Virus record (IMG/VR): IMGVR_UViG_3300020380_000001
Location: 1-64,000 of that record
Direction: 5' to 3' (one strand)
Length of the DNA: 64,000 bases
Below, in pieces: positions 20,401 through 29,098 of this stretch (positions are counted from its first letter, which is position 1; the number at the start of each line of letters is the position of its first letter). The notes beneath the pieces are model-generated. The model searched no databases and had not been told where the DNA came from. It saw nothing but the letters and a program-made list of their open reading frames with translations. The position numbers and the translations under genes are program-made.

Positions 20401-20518
20401 AAACGGCGTTTATACGTCAGGTACTACACATATTATTGACTTAAGTGTTACGCCTAACATTACACTTTACTTCTACGAAGACGGATCCAATAAGTACTTT
20501 ATTTGTCAAGCGTCCTAG
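14480..20518 (+). CDS. giant acidic repeat fibre/whisker-like virion protein (2012 aa)
   Basis: About 37 imperfect LxDLxDV...G..LxW/Y...W repeats; N-terminal DLTVLG..T.....VTIED motif; NAESLNG..ASAYLRSD fibre motif; CTAAATA at 14442. Confidence 0.75.
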   Translation: MSYEFNINGGTRFVLTNGESSGIENIRLEGSVIITEDLTVLGNNTVLETSTVTIEDTIITIGRGTAELDPSDAFLSGGLIVERPAGENHKGLWYTPSAGSFIFGETVTDSEDQITELSPDAYTDVSMGHLTVHYNADGAADAYIGDPSSKFTSSGTVQFGKLSNAESTNVQGENASFDNPKDVRVKTGGAVREEVRVEDSSFGEWRVRTSSLVGAAGSEIVYDQDLYMGNGEFTYNGDTVLTMGSGDYVVSINDLQGVVEFRLFDLLDVEGDHQEFTGAPREDGKYLKFNASEGVWLPSFITQINEIENVNASEIEGHVLQYRLDSADGVYRWMESTVAMPEKLFQLLDVDMATETVAEPGQSLIWFEEDEVSGAGFWRPSFIPSIHSILDVESSLPDAGDEGKALIWNNTTGKWVLSATSFVEVLDDLADVNGVLNLDDKAFLKYDLDNSQWVPGFVDDIGEITNVREMTNGATQDNKILKYNFSDQVWEAGIIDDLAEIGNVDIADYGTVEEGHTIKWDVVNARWVTGPALSTLFDVTDVKETEGSMAEGRFLVWRANGADGPGWYQSDMGQVQVLDDLNDVIIAQGDLSDGKVLRYNSSLSQWEPGIIQQITEIGDVTIDYDSQSINGIKDQHVLKWNGSRFVNGFVSKISDIENVDAVDNPTDGDFLRYVESTGRWSNSPINSIDEIVNVELGGIADGKVLEWDSSANSGQGAFVPSAGTRVEYFGDLIDVTVPEDPTQITVGSALRFNGSKWTPYDYSFPEAIGDMNNVIITGPTTGDALLFNGTDWVNGNIPHPTRLEQLRDDVDLNTPLNGEVLMYDGTNWINSTAVVVDVLNDLDDVELTALSDDQFLRYDIAEARWKNQSVKIPVNILDLEDVNPNYRLPDDNPNYEEPQNGEVLRFNGVFWQGVTLPVYDQLDDLLDVSISGAAVDHVLYYNGAGWQNRKLDFISNMGDLLDVSADSPTNGSILIYDGPTSEWVASSVGDLNIVIDDLDDVDTLSVQAGHVLTAVPDGDGFSWTNQAPAYSTLGSLDDVNDGSRALGKYLRYDGTRWVASELVTSEILDSLIEELSLDELGDVTIDNTLDTGDMLVHVEGVWVNQNVGEAFGQYATIGDLGNVTADTPLAGDTIVYDDVTGKYVSVNLVQVVKTGLNLAELAGTEDGEQYVWDATGAEWVVKHLGDPTGAPDAGKVLTWDGTKWTTQDLPEDKFIKLLSELDDVQTDDLAAIQNNQILRWNAASQFWENVDWPSISLHMLEDVNFVTPAVNDLVVYDGTEWVNLDLPVIAGNVLELDNLSNVNASVPSDHQVLAYNTADGEWQSTDIATVANNNLNLSDLADVFDGVSPSGETKFLAWDFDNSRWSVSSVSLNAFAINELSNVTISSPTSGDFLRFDGAEWINDSVVIPTTLDSLLDVSTTNPSDGAFLTYEEQSNEWVGRNFLIVESLSDLTDVNTTGVQAGDTLIYQGGAWVPIQVPPVTLESRDLTDVSDTAATDGQVLLWNESAGQWEPNDMPDPFIPAVLNDLSNVNVPAPSADDVLVFDSVSGEWIAAAFNTLVNIELGQLTNVSLSNVSDSHVLAYNSATGDWENATLGSLGIGVSDLGDVSGTANADNRFLIYNDTTGQWDITVFQTISMIEDVNAAGATSGDALVWNGTQFVPGSPGNVNAESLNGQPASAYLRSDEADVGVALELSDVRPLEFSSTSEVRIGAAAAPRLGIYAPRVSVLADGISLDYSPLDTAGVKLVPDTAPALTEAGFMWCDSSDNSLMFYNGSEQLNISNIATQNYIVNDTDGELTSLTITAAEAKMYVEGTTNENTRFTFSDKATDKAALVDMGASILTDIGGTNGNAGAQTVAVAGKTVLYSDAGDVYRRNGSGTDRLATISDIQAEIITANASYTTVSGDSVALSEGNSLVRYAIPDNTTSVMNISGIDQLETGNSVVIAATANTVISNWGTNSRLRMEVTGLTGMYVNGVYTSGTTHIIDLSVTPNITLYFYEDGSNKYFICQAS

Positions 20519-21042
20519 ACGCTTGACTTGTAAAACGTGTTACTTATGCACGGGTAAGTAGGATATTCAGGGGCTTCATCAATCATTTGGTGAAGCTTTT
20601 TTATATTCTTTTTAGGCCTAAGAGTGTGCGCTACTCCCTTATGTAAAGGCGTAGGCCATTGACCTATATTGACCCAAGCATAACTTATATGCTCGTCGTT
20701 TAATATTGGTGTGAATTCATTGGGTATTATCCAGACGTAAGTGTAATAGAAAAAGTTACTGTCGGCGCCTTGATAGATGTCAAACGGATGCACTTTTAAG
20801 GCTGTAGGCACTTTGCCTATTTCCTCATGTAGCTCGCGCCTAAGCCCGTCTATTGTAGTTTCGCCGTTTTCAATCTTACCGCCCCAAATACCCCAACCAG
20901 CTCGTTTGGTATTTGCTTTATTGCGTAGGGCGAAAAGAACACGTCGAGTGTCCTTCGCCACAATAATACAACCCGCCGCACTTATTTGATTAGTATTTTC
21001 CATCGTTCCGGTCCGTATTCGTTTAAGTATGTGTAAACCCAA
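20515..21042 (-). CDS. NUDIX hydrolase
   Basis: GGKIENGETTIDGLRRELHEEIG Nudix box. Confidence 0.9.
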   Translation of the reverse strand: MGLHILKRIRTGTMENTNQISAAGCIIVAKDTRRVLFALRNKANTKRAGWGIWGGKIENGETTIDGLRRELHEEIGKVPTALKVHPFDIYQGADSNFFYYTYVWIIPNEFTPILNDEHISYAWVNIGQWPTPLHKGVAHTLRPKKNIKKLHQMIDEAPEYPTYPCISNTFYKSSV

Positions 21043-22364
21043 CCGTTTATTTTATCGTATTTAAGGTGTTTGTTACTGCTAGAGACATAAACAAAATCAG
21101 TTATGTCTTCATTAGCCCTGTCTTCGGCAATTTTGCGATTAAAAACAATAACCCAGCGCCCGTCTTTAAACTCAATGATATCATCAGCTTCGGGTAAAGT
21201 GTGGCAATCAAAAAGCCAATTCTCGCTGTGCTGTGTTAAATCCAATGTCAGTATATAACGCTGCCCTTCAGCTGGATCGGGTAAGCCGTTTCCTGGTTCT
21301 GTTTTATTCGGGTTAACAAGCTTATCAACATTTGGTAGCGTGTTAGTAGGCAACGTCGTTTCGTCTAATTCAATGCCAATAATGTAAGAGTTACTAGGCA
21401 TTTCTGTAAACTTAAAGTAAATGTCACCTTGTTTGTTAGTTGGAAAACTCGCAACGTTTACAACCAAAAATGATTCCAGGCCAGTTTGATAGAATGAATC
21501 CTTCCAATTTACAGGCTTTCCTTCTTGGTCGAATAATCCGGCTTGCATGTCATGTAACCCGTCTACCCCTATTTTGATATAGTAGTCTTCAGCACGCACA
21601 ATTTGAGTCTTACGTTCTTCAAATTCTAATACACCGGCAGCTGGATCGTAAAACTTAGACATCTCTTCTTCTGAAATCTCTTTAGTAACATCCAAGCTCA
21701 ACACAATATCTTCTATTAAACGCGAGCGCGTAACTTTAGCCGGCGGACTGATTTCGATAGGCACGTTGAATGTTAGTGACGCATATTCGCGCTCTTCATC
21801 AATTTGATTGCCTATTGAACGGTTAGTCCAGACAATATCATCCAAGCGAATAGAGGTGATATTAGACCAATCCAACATATTTGAATTTTGTTGAATTACC
21901 ACATCCGGGTTAAACACCATAAGTATTTGCTCAATAATCTGCATCTTAGTGGTTGTGGTATTCGTTGAAATGTCAAGCTGAATAGTCAAGTTATAGGGCG
22001 CTGTCATATGGCGCTCTACGTCTATTTTGTTCCCCTTGCCTGATCTGTCGTACCCGTCCTCTGTATGGCGCTGCTCGACAACAGACACAGTAGATGTGTG
22101 AGTTTGGTGCTTTCTACGCTCAGGCGCTGGCTTTAGGTCTACAATGTAGTAACTCATAATAACGCCGGGCAAGATAGAGTTCTCACTATTCTTGTTAAGA
22201 ATTTGTGCTGCCTGACGTTGCATGTCGCCGTATATGATCGGAACCTCATGTTCAGTGAATATCCCGTCACTGTTAGGCCCTGTCTGATATCTTAGGAAGC
22301 TGAACGTCCTCATAAACTGTATCAGATAACGTCTTATTTGCTTATCATAAAAGAATGTGTTCAT
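20982..22364 (-). CDS. gp15: tail sheath stabiliser / tail completion protein (gp15-like) with C-terminal extension
   Basis: FFYDKQIRRYL.QF.R.FS, VPIIYGD, P.PYNL..QLDI, QI.EQIL..FNP motifs. Confidence 0.75.
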   Translation of the reverse strand: MNTFFYDKQIRRYLIQFMRTFSFLRYQTGPNSDGIFTEHEVPIIYGDMQRQAAQILNKNSENSILPGVIMSYYIVDLKPAPERRKHQTHTSTVSVVEQRHTEDGYDRSGKGNKIDVERHMTAPYNLTIQLDISTNTTTTKMQIIEQILMVFNPDVVIQQNSNMLDWSNITSIRLDDIVWTNRSIGNQIDEEREYASLTFNVPIEISPPAKVTRSRLIEDIVLSLDVTKEISEEEMSKFYDPAAGVLEFEERKTQIVRAEDYYIKIGVDGLHDMQAGLFDQEGKPVNWKDSFYQTGLESFLVVNVASFPTNKQGDIYFKFTEMPSNSYIIGIELDETTLPTNTLPNVDKLVNPNKTEPGNGLPDPAEGQRYILTLDLTQHSENWLFDCHTLPEADDIIEFKDGRWVIVFNRKIAEDRANEDITDFVYVSSSNKHLKYDKINGWVYTYLNEYGPERWKILIK

Positions 22365-23524
22365 TAGTCTTCCTTGGGTTTAACCACGCTACTCAGAGCT
22401 TGACGTTGTTTGATAGTAGTACCGTCAGTCATCTTGTCTGTTTTGTCGTTGTCTATGAAGCTGTCTGTTACACGGTTAGCCGCAGTCCATGGCTTCTTAA
22501 CATAATCGATTGTGATTTTCTTAAACTTTTTGCCTTGCTTTTGGTACAATGTTGCGGGCGAAAAGTCAGTACGCAAAAAGTAGTCGCCGTCTTCCATTTC
22601 TTCCGGGAACTCATCACCCTCGCCAAATACTTCTGTACTGTGAGGCGGAGCACCATCACCTGAACCGTAGTAGAATTTAGGATCGCCGTTATCGTCTTCA
22701 AATATATAAAGGTGTTGTGATGTAGTGACAATTGGATCACTTGGCACGTAGCTTTCTGCTTCTTCGAGTCCTGTTTCTTTTATTTCGTCTAACGTTGATT
22801 TACCGCTAATAATACTAGCGAGAGTTAGGCCGCCGTCATCAACACCTGCAACGTCTTGGTGACTGCCGTGTCCGGACTGGTCAACATCAACTGGTATTTT
22901 GTTGCCGTCTGCGTCTAACACAAACGTAATACCGGACGAACCTATAATGTCAGAGTACAAGTCACTAGCTGAAAGTATTTTGGCTTTAATGCGCCAAATA
23001 TGCGGCCACCATCTCGGGTCGTACCCAGTGTCTGACTTGTAGCCGTCCTGCACAACGAAAAATTTGTTGTACGCGGGTACGTCTTCGCCTAAAGCAAAAT
23101 GCTCGCGTAAGTGCGGCAACTCTAACACGTCACCGTTCATTAGTTTCCTGCCTAGGACGTCAACCATTTGATTGATGTGGAAGTCAATTACAATAGTGTC
23201 GTTAGACAGCATGAAGCCGAACTGGGTTAAGTCAAACTCAGTATCATTCGGCGTATACGATCCTGGCAATTCGTAAATCGCATCATCGTACTTCCTGTTT
23301 CTGTTTTCCATGAAAACAACGTCTTCAATAGTTGACTCGTCTCCCTGGCTAGTACCTGCGTATTTGTGGATAAAGACACCTGTCCCGCCCACTTCAAAGT
23401 TTTCTTTTATAACGCGGTCTAGAAAATGGTAATCGCTAGTCTTTTTAGGATTCCATAGCTTGAGTTTCGGCATTGTAAATTCCTGAATATAATTACAAGT
23501 ATTTACCAAAAAGGTCTTGCACAT
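22364..23524 (-). CDS. gp14: neck/head completion protein (gp14-like); true start likely MPKLKLW at 23473
   Basis: DY.FLDRVIKE...GGTG...HKY, ENRNRKYD, FDLTQFG, GDVLELPHL; minus-strand GTAAATA at 23500-23506. Confidence 0.7.
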   Translation of the reverse strand: MCKTFLVNTCNYIQEFTMPKLKLWNPKKTSDYHFLDRVIKENFEVGGTGVFIHKYAGTSQGDESTIEDVVFMENRNRKYDDAIYELPGSYTPNDTEFDLTQFGFMLSNDTIVIDFHINQMVDVLGRKLMNGDVLELPHLREHFALGEDVPAYNKFFVVQDGYKSDTGYDPRWWPHIWRIKAKILSASDLYSDIIGSSGITFVLDADGNKIPVDVDQSGHGSHQDVAGVDDGGLTLASIISGKSTLDEIKETGLEEAESYVPSDPIVTTSQHLYIFEDDNGDPKFYYGSGDGAPPHSTEVFGEGDEFPEEMEDGDYFLRTDFSPATLYQKQGKKFKKITIDYVKKPWTAANRVTDSFIDNDKTDKMTDGTTIKQRQALSSVVKPKED

Positions 23525-23565
23525 TGGCGGGTAGATGTTAGAGTTAGATTGTAAACAAAAACAAG

Positions 23566-23925
23566 GTGAAACTTATGTCAAAATCGACTAATAAAATTGT
23601 AATACACGGTATTGATGACGCCGAGATTGTAGCCAGACAACTATCTTTAGGGGTAGCGCCGCGCGAAGAGGTCGAAAAATTCAAACTCTTCATTAGCGAA
23701 AAACTAAAAGACGATCCTGAGTTCCTTTCTATTTGCATTGTGCGTTTTGATCCTGTACTGTACGGTACATCAATAACGAGCAAAGAGCACAACGACAAAA
23801 ATGACGTTGTTATTGATGTGAATGTACTACGTGCGCTCGCCGTTGTTATGAAACGTGCCTACCCTGACATTGCCGAAATGCTACGAGCAGAAGCACAAGT
23901 TAATTTCTACAGAGTTGGTGACTAA
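23566..23925 (+). CDS. hypothetical protein (start probably ATG 23575)
   Basis: ORF abutting uvsE. Confidence 0.7.
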   Translation: MKLMSKSTNKIVIHGIDDAEIVARQLSLGVAPREEVEKFKLFISEKLKDDPEFLSICIVRFDPVLYGTSITSKEHNDKNDVVIDVNVLRALAVVMKRAYPDIAEMLRAEAQVNFYRVGD

Positions 23926-24947
23926 TGACAGTTCAGAGAATTGGCTACGCCTGCAAGTTTATTGTGGACGACAGAGCCGAATACAAACGTTTAAATCAGC
24001 GAGCAACGACTAAGAAAAAACTTATGTCGTTGCCTGTACCTGACGCCCGCGCACTAGTGCGCGAGGTTGTCGAACACAATATTAACTCAATGGCGCTACA
24101 GTTTGGTAAGTTAGCGGCATTGCCGCATGCCTTGCGTATGTGCCGTATAGGTTCAGAAGTAATCCCGCTTTACAGTCACGAGTATTTCAGTGATGTTTTG
24201 TACCCTGAAAATGACGAAGCAACGGTCGAATTTAACGAATTCCTATCAGCAGGGCTTTATGCTGTTGGTGAGTTTGCGCGTGCGAATGATATACGCCTGA
24301 GTTTTCACCCAGGCCAATTTACCGTACTTGCGAGTGACCGCCCCGACGTCGTTGAAAAGTCTATTATTGAATTCGAGTACCACGCAACTGTGGCTCGTTT
24401 AATGGGCTACGGCCGCGAGTTTCAAGACTTCAAATGCAATGTTCATTTATCAGGCAAGGGCGGCGTCCCTGTCTTCCGTGAAACATTCGAGCGCTTAAGT
24501 CCCGAAGCACAGCGCATAATTACGATTGAAAACGACGAGTTCACAAGTTCACTTAACCGCTGCCTGGAAATAGCCGATTTGTGCCCTGTCGTGCTTGATG
24601 TGCACCACCATTTTATTAACAGCGGCCAATATATTCAGCCAGAAGATCCGCGCATAGAAGAAGTTATAGCGTCCTGGCGTGGCAAACGACCAGTACTACA
24701 TTACTCAGTATCACCTGAAGAACTCTTCAGTCCTGAAGAATACATGCCTCAGACTACTGGTTTCCCTTCGCTTTCGGAGTTAGTTGAATCCGGTATACCT
24801 CGTAGTAAGTTACGAAAACATAGCGACTTTTACCACAATACTTGTATGAATAAATGGATAGCTAAGTTCAGAGACAAGTTTGATATAATGTGTGAGTCCA
24901 AAATGAAGAATGTAGCGTCGTTCCAGCTTTACGAATCCATAAAATAA
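23925..24947 (+). CDS. uvsE: UV damage repair endonuclease UvsE
   Basis: RIGYACK, IRLSFHPGQFTVLAS, ITIENDE, VLDVHHH, MCESKMKN motifs. Confidence 0.92.
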   Translation: MTVQRIGYACKFIVDDRAEYKRLNQRATTKKKLMSLPVPDARALVREVVEHNINSMALQFGKLAALPHALRMCRIGSEVIPLYSHEYFSDVLYPENDEATVEFNEFLSAGLYAVGEFARANDIRLSFHPGQFTVLASDRPDVVEKSIIEFEYHATVARLMGYGREFQDFKCNVHLSGKGGVPVFRETFERLSPEAQRIITIENDEFTSSLNRCLEIADLCPVVLDVHHHFINSGQYIQPEDPRIEEVIASWRGKRPVLHYSVSPEELFSPEEYMPQTTGFPSLSELVESGIPRSKLRKHSDFYHNTCMNKWIAKFRDKFDIMCESKMKNVASFQLYESIK

Positions 24948-24959
24948 CACGAATGGATC

Positions 24960-26693
24960 TTGGTAAATATAAACAAAAACCAAGGTCCGACAGTGAAATA
25001 TATTGTAAAAGTTGCACAACCCTATACCATTGATGAGGTGGTATCTGAGTTTGGATTATCCGTTGTTAAAATCCTACAAGCTGTCAGTGGCTATTTGATT
25101 ATTGACGAAACGGATAACGACAAAATAGTTGAAATGCGAAAATCAGGGAAGTTTCGCATTATTGATGCTGAGCGTGAAATATCACGTTTCCCCGAAGAAC
25201 ACAACCAACCAATTGAAAACATTGAGTCGCAGGATTCCACGTCTGACTCACAGCTAACCATATTAGAATATTGGCACCTAAACGCAATCAGCAATACTGC
25301 TGGTGCGACTTCGGTATACGAAGAATACGACTTTAGGTTGGACGGATCCGGTACTGACATTTACGTAATAGATTCTGGAATTAACCCCGATCACCCCGAC
25401 ATAACGGGGCGCGTGTTTTCTGTCCCTGGTGTTGATTCAGATATAGATTATAATTTAACTGACACTGATGGTCATGGCACAACCGTGGCCATTTTTGCTG
25501 CTGGGATTAATGCGGGTATAGCACGCGGTGCGCACGTATGGTCAGCAAAGTGGGAATCTACTAATATTCAAATAGCAATTGCGCTCGATGCAGTGTTAGC
25601 ACACCACCAAAATAAAAGTAACGGCCGTCCAAGTATAGTAAACATGAGCTTTGGTACGAGTGTTACTAGCGATAATCCTTATTATTATAGTGACGAGCCT
25701 GACAGTATAAAACCATTTGACGAGTACAGCACTGATATGGCTAAAGCGATGATTGCTGAAGGCATGCATGTTGTGACGGCTGCTGGCAACGGATTTGAGA
25801 ATAAAACCAACGGCACGTTTTTACCGATGTTGGCAGAACTAATCAACCCAGCCCAGGCTAGTATTACCTCGGATGTAATTACCGTAGGTGCTACAAACAC
25901 TGGGACGTACACAATTGCCAACCAAAGCCAAGAAAGTCCTAATAACGAAATGTCAGTGTTTTCTAATTACGGGCGTGCTGTTACTATTTCAGCCCCTGGA
26001 CATCGCTTGCCTCACTTGCGTTACGATCAAACATATCATTTTGACTTTTCCGAATACGTTGTATCAAGTGGCACTAGTTTCTCGGCACCGTTAGTTGCTG
26101 GGGTAATTAGCTGTTGGCTACAAGAAAAACCAAACGAAACCCCTGCAAGCATAAAATCACAATTAGTGAACATTGCGTCAGATGGTCTAATAACCAATTT
26201 AGGCGGCACGCATGAAAACACTGACGGCGTGATTGCATGGGGCGGTGATATAATACAAGTAGAAGACACAAGTGCTACGGACGTTGAATATTCAGTTTAC
26301 GACTACCAAATTGATTTAACTACGCCAAATAAGGTTCTATTCAACCCATGGCAAACGTATACCCCTGTTTATAATAACTCTAATTTAAGCCAGATCAGCG
26401 GGGACACGGACGGGAATATCGCCCCGGTGGATCTTGCAGCCGTATTTCAAACGATACTGGGAGAAGAGCCCTACGGTGTTCAATACAATTATGACGGCGG
26501 CATACCTGGCGTGACTATTGACTCGAACGGTACGTTGTCTGGTACGGCTGTACCCGCCGGTGATCATACATTAGAGATTGAATTCACCAACGGCTATCAA
26601 ACATTTACTCGTGTATTTGATTTGACTATACCGTCTATATATGATGCTGAGTGGGTAACATTCACCGGGCGATTAACTGTGGAGCAAGTATAA
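24960..26693 (+). CDS. subtilisin-like (S8) serine protease with C-terminal Ig-like domain
   Basis: Catalytic triad YVIDSG, DGHGT, SGTSFSAP; AAGN oxyanion motif; GVTIDSNGTLSGT Ig-like repeat; true start may be GTG ~24994. Confidence 0.88.
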   Translation: MVNINKNQGPTVKYIVKVAQPYTIDEVVSEFGLSVVKILQAVSGYLIIDETDNDKIVEMRKSGKFRIIDAEREISRFPEEHNQPIENIESQDSTSDSQLTILEYWHLNAISNTAGATSVYEEYDFRLDGSGTDIYVIDSGINPDHPDITGRVFSVPGVDSDIDYNLTDTDGHGTTVAIFAAGINAGIARGAHVWSAKWESTNIQIAIALDAVLAHHQNKSNGRPSIVNMSFGTSVTSDNPYYYSDEPDSIKPFDEYSTDMAKAMIAEGMHVVTAAGNGFENKTNGTFLPMLAELINPAQASITSDVITVGATNTGTYTIANQSQESPNNEMSVFSNYGRAVTISAPGHRLPHLRYDQTYHFDFSEYVVSSGTSFSAPLVAGVISCWLQEKPNETPASIKSQLVNIASDGLITNLGGTHENTDGVIAWGGDIIQVEDTSATDVEYSVYDYQIDLTTPNKVLFNPWQTYTPVYNNSNLSQISGDTDGNIAPVDLAAVFQTILGEEPYGVQYNYDGGIPGVTIDSNGTLSGTAVPAGDHTLEIEFTNGYQTFTRVFDLTIPSIYDAEWVTFTGRLTVEQV

Positions 26694-27754
26694 GTATGAT
26701 AAACAGAATAAAGAACTTTTTTAAAAGCCTTATATCTCCGCCTAAGAAGGAAGGATTAATCCTAAACGCCAAAGCAGAAATCCTGTCTAATTGGTCGTTT
26801 ATTATTAGTGGCGAGCGTAATCCCAACGAACCGACTAATAATTACGCTGCTGTTCAGTTTAGGACTTCTACCGGGCAAGTGTATGTAAACGACCACACGG
26901 ACTCGGATATGAGTTCTCAAACAGGGTATGTGAGTCGAGCAACATTTATGAACGTTAACGACACTAGTGATTTCAGTGACTATTATATTTGGGTTACTAC
27001 TGAAAATTTCGACACGTTCAGCGACACTGCCCCTGAAGAAGAGAAAACAACTCGTTGGCAGCCGTTAGTTGATTACACGTTCAGATTTAGGTACGACCCG
27101 GAAGTCCATAACTCTAGTGCATTTAATAGTGTTTGTAATGTTTATGTGGTTTACTCGCCGTTTGGTGAGCCTACTTCTGTGCCGTTTGGAATGGATTTTA
27201 ACGGAAGGATAACGTTTAATTATACAGAGGCTAAAACCCTAACAGTTAACCCAAATATAAGAGATCACTACTACGTGACGTCAGAAGGCAAAGAACTACA
27301 ACCGCAGTCTTCATTTTACATTAGTTTGACTGAACTTAATTTTGCAGCACGCGGCCAATACGGCGCTGATTACGGCAATAAAATTGTTGCTGATAATACT
27401 ATTTTGGCTGGCGCTAATGCCAACCGTAGCTCAGCAACATTCAATGAAGAATGGCAAACAAACGAAAACGCCGGCGTAGTGTATTGTTATGTGAAGAAGA
27501 TTAGTGGCGTAACTACTAATATGTCAGTGGGCTCAACAAGAATCAATAAGTGGTTCACACTGCCTGTCACTGGCTCTCCGTATGAATTTACAGTACAAGG
27601 CCAAACTAACGCAACTGGATCTAATATCGAGTTTGAAATATACATATCGACTTCTTCGCCTAATTTTACGCCTGGTACGTTACAGGCACCAGACGAAAGT
27701 AGCGAGTATTTTAAACTATGTAACGCGACAATATATTCGCTACGCCACCAATAA
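26651..27754 (+). CDS. hypothetical beta-rich protein with internally duplicated domain (start likely ATG 26696)
   Basis: ORF; C-terminal FEIYIS..SPNFTPG...EYFKLC motif shared with 28511-29098. Confidence 0.7.
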   Translation: MGNIHRAINCGASISMINRIKNFFKSLISPPKKEGLILNAKAEILSNWSFIISGERNPNEPTNNYAAVQFRTSTGQVYVNDHTDSDMSSQTGYVSRATFMNVNDTSDFSDYYIWVTTENFDTFSDTAPEEEKTTRWQPLVDYTFRFRYDPEVHNSSAFNSVCNVYVVYSPFGEPTSVPFGMDFNGRITFNYTEAKTLTVNPNIRDHYYVTSEGKELQPQSSFYISLTELNFAARGQYGADYGNKIVADNTILAGANANRSSATFNEEWQTNENAGVVYCYVKKISGVTTNMSVGSTRINKWFTLPVTGSPYEFTVQGQTNATGSNIEFEIYISTSSPNFTPGTLQAPDESSEYFKLCNATIYSLRHQ

Positions 27755-27770
27755 AATAAGTGAGTAACTG

Positions 27771-28508
27771 ATGTCAAATCAAAAAAATAAATTAATAAAA
27801 CAACTTAAGCTTGAACTCGGTTCACAGATGATTGATGTCGAGCTAGACAAAGAGCACTATGAGCTGGCAATAGAACTCGCTATTGAGAAAATGCAACAGA
27901 TTTCCGACGGCGGTGTGGAAGAAAGCATCTTGTTCATAACAGTGCAAGAAGATATGGGTCTTTACCAGTTGCCGGATGAAGTAAAGCAAGTTCGACACGT
28001 ACATCGTAGAGGGCTCGGACACGCAGGCCAAACAATTACATTTGATCCGTATGAAGCCAGCTTTATGAATATGTATATATTGAATAACAAACAAACTGGC
28101 GGCCTTGCTACGTGGGAATTAGCACACCACCATTTAGAAACAATGGGGCGACTGTTGGGTGCCGAGGTGCCATTTATATTCAATCGTTCAAATAAGACGA
28201 TTCACTTCCAGCGCAAATTTAGGCGCGATGAAGAACTCATGTTGACTGTGGATAATATTAAGCCGGAGATTGCAGTTTTAAGCGACGGCGATAGTCTGCC
28301 TTTCGTGCGCAAGTATGCACTTGGAAAGTGTAAAGTGATGTTAGGCGAAGCGCGTGAGAAGTTTGCAACAATAGCAGGCCCTAATGGCGGAACCCAGCTT
28401 AACGGTTCTCAGCTTAAGGCCGAAGGCACGCAAATGATGCAAGAAGCAGAAGAAGACCTTAAAAATTTACAAACAGGTAATGCTGGCTTGCCTGTTATTA
28501 TAGGGTAA
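27771..28508 (+). CDS. gp13: neck protein (T4 gp13-like)
   Basis: LG...IDVELD..HY..AI, YA.GKCK.MLGEAR.KF..I.GP.GG..LNG..LK.EG motifs. Confidence 0.85.
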   Translation: MSNQKNKLIKQLKLELGSQMIDVELDKEHYELAIELAIEKMQQISDGGVEESILFITVQEDMGLYQLPDEVKQVRHVHRRGLGHAGQTITFDPYEASFMNMYILNNKQTGGLATWELAHHHLETMGRLLGAEVPFIFNRSNKTIHFQRKFRRDEELMLTVDNIKPEIAVLSDGDSLPFVRKYALGKCKVMLGEAREKFATIAGPNGGTQLNGSQLKAEGTQMMQEAEEDLKNLQTGNAGLPVIIG

Positions 28509-28510
28509 TT

Positions 28511-29098
28511 ATGAAATCAGGTATCATACATAATTCCAAAGACTTGAATAACAACGTAGTGGGCTCCAGTTATGAAGTCTCTACGTTTGTTTTGAGCGGC
28601 GATGCTAACAATTCTAACTCATATACCATGATGCGCTTTTCTATGACTGAGGTGTTATTGGAAGCAGGCGGCATAGGCGAGCGCGGATCTGAACAAGTGC
28701 GCAAAAACGGCTCACAAATTGGCACAACAGAAAACGGCTATAGACAAGCATCAGAGATCTGGAATAATAACTCAAACCCAACCAGCACACTGTGGTACTA
28801 TGTGAAGGTTACTAATGAAGATGAAGCAGGCTGGCACGCAGGTGAAAACCTAACTGACGCTTGGAATCCACTCACAACTACAACCGGGTCTAGGTTTATT
28901 ACCCAGCCTACCAATACAGGCCGCAACTCTAGATCAATAAGTATAGTAGAGCTTGAGGTTTACGTTAGAGCCTCTGCGTCTAAACCAACGTTTACTCCCG
29001 GTGAGTCTGGCGAACCAGCTTTTGATGAAAACTATGTGAAAATATGCGACGTTCTCTTGCGTAATACTTGGGAATACGAAGATAGGTGGCAGTTATAA
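28511..29098 (+). CDS. hypothetical protein, paralog domain of 26651-27754
   Basis: LEVYVRAS.SKPTFTPG...NYVKIC motif. Confidence 0.7.
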   Translation: MKSGIIHNSKDLNNNVVGSSYEVSTFVLSGDANNSNSYTMMRFSMTEVLLEAGGIGERGSEQVRKNGSQIGTTENGYRQASEIWNNNSNPTSTLWYYVKVTNEDEAGWHAGENLTDAWNPLTTTTGSRFITQPTNTGRNSRSISIVELEVYVRASASKPTFTPGESGEPAFDENYVKICDVLLRNTWEYEDRWQL

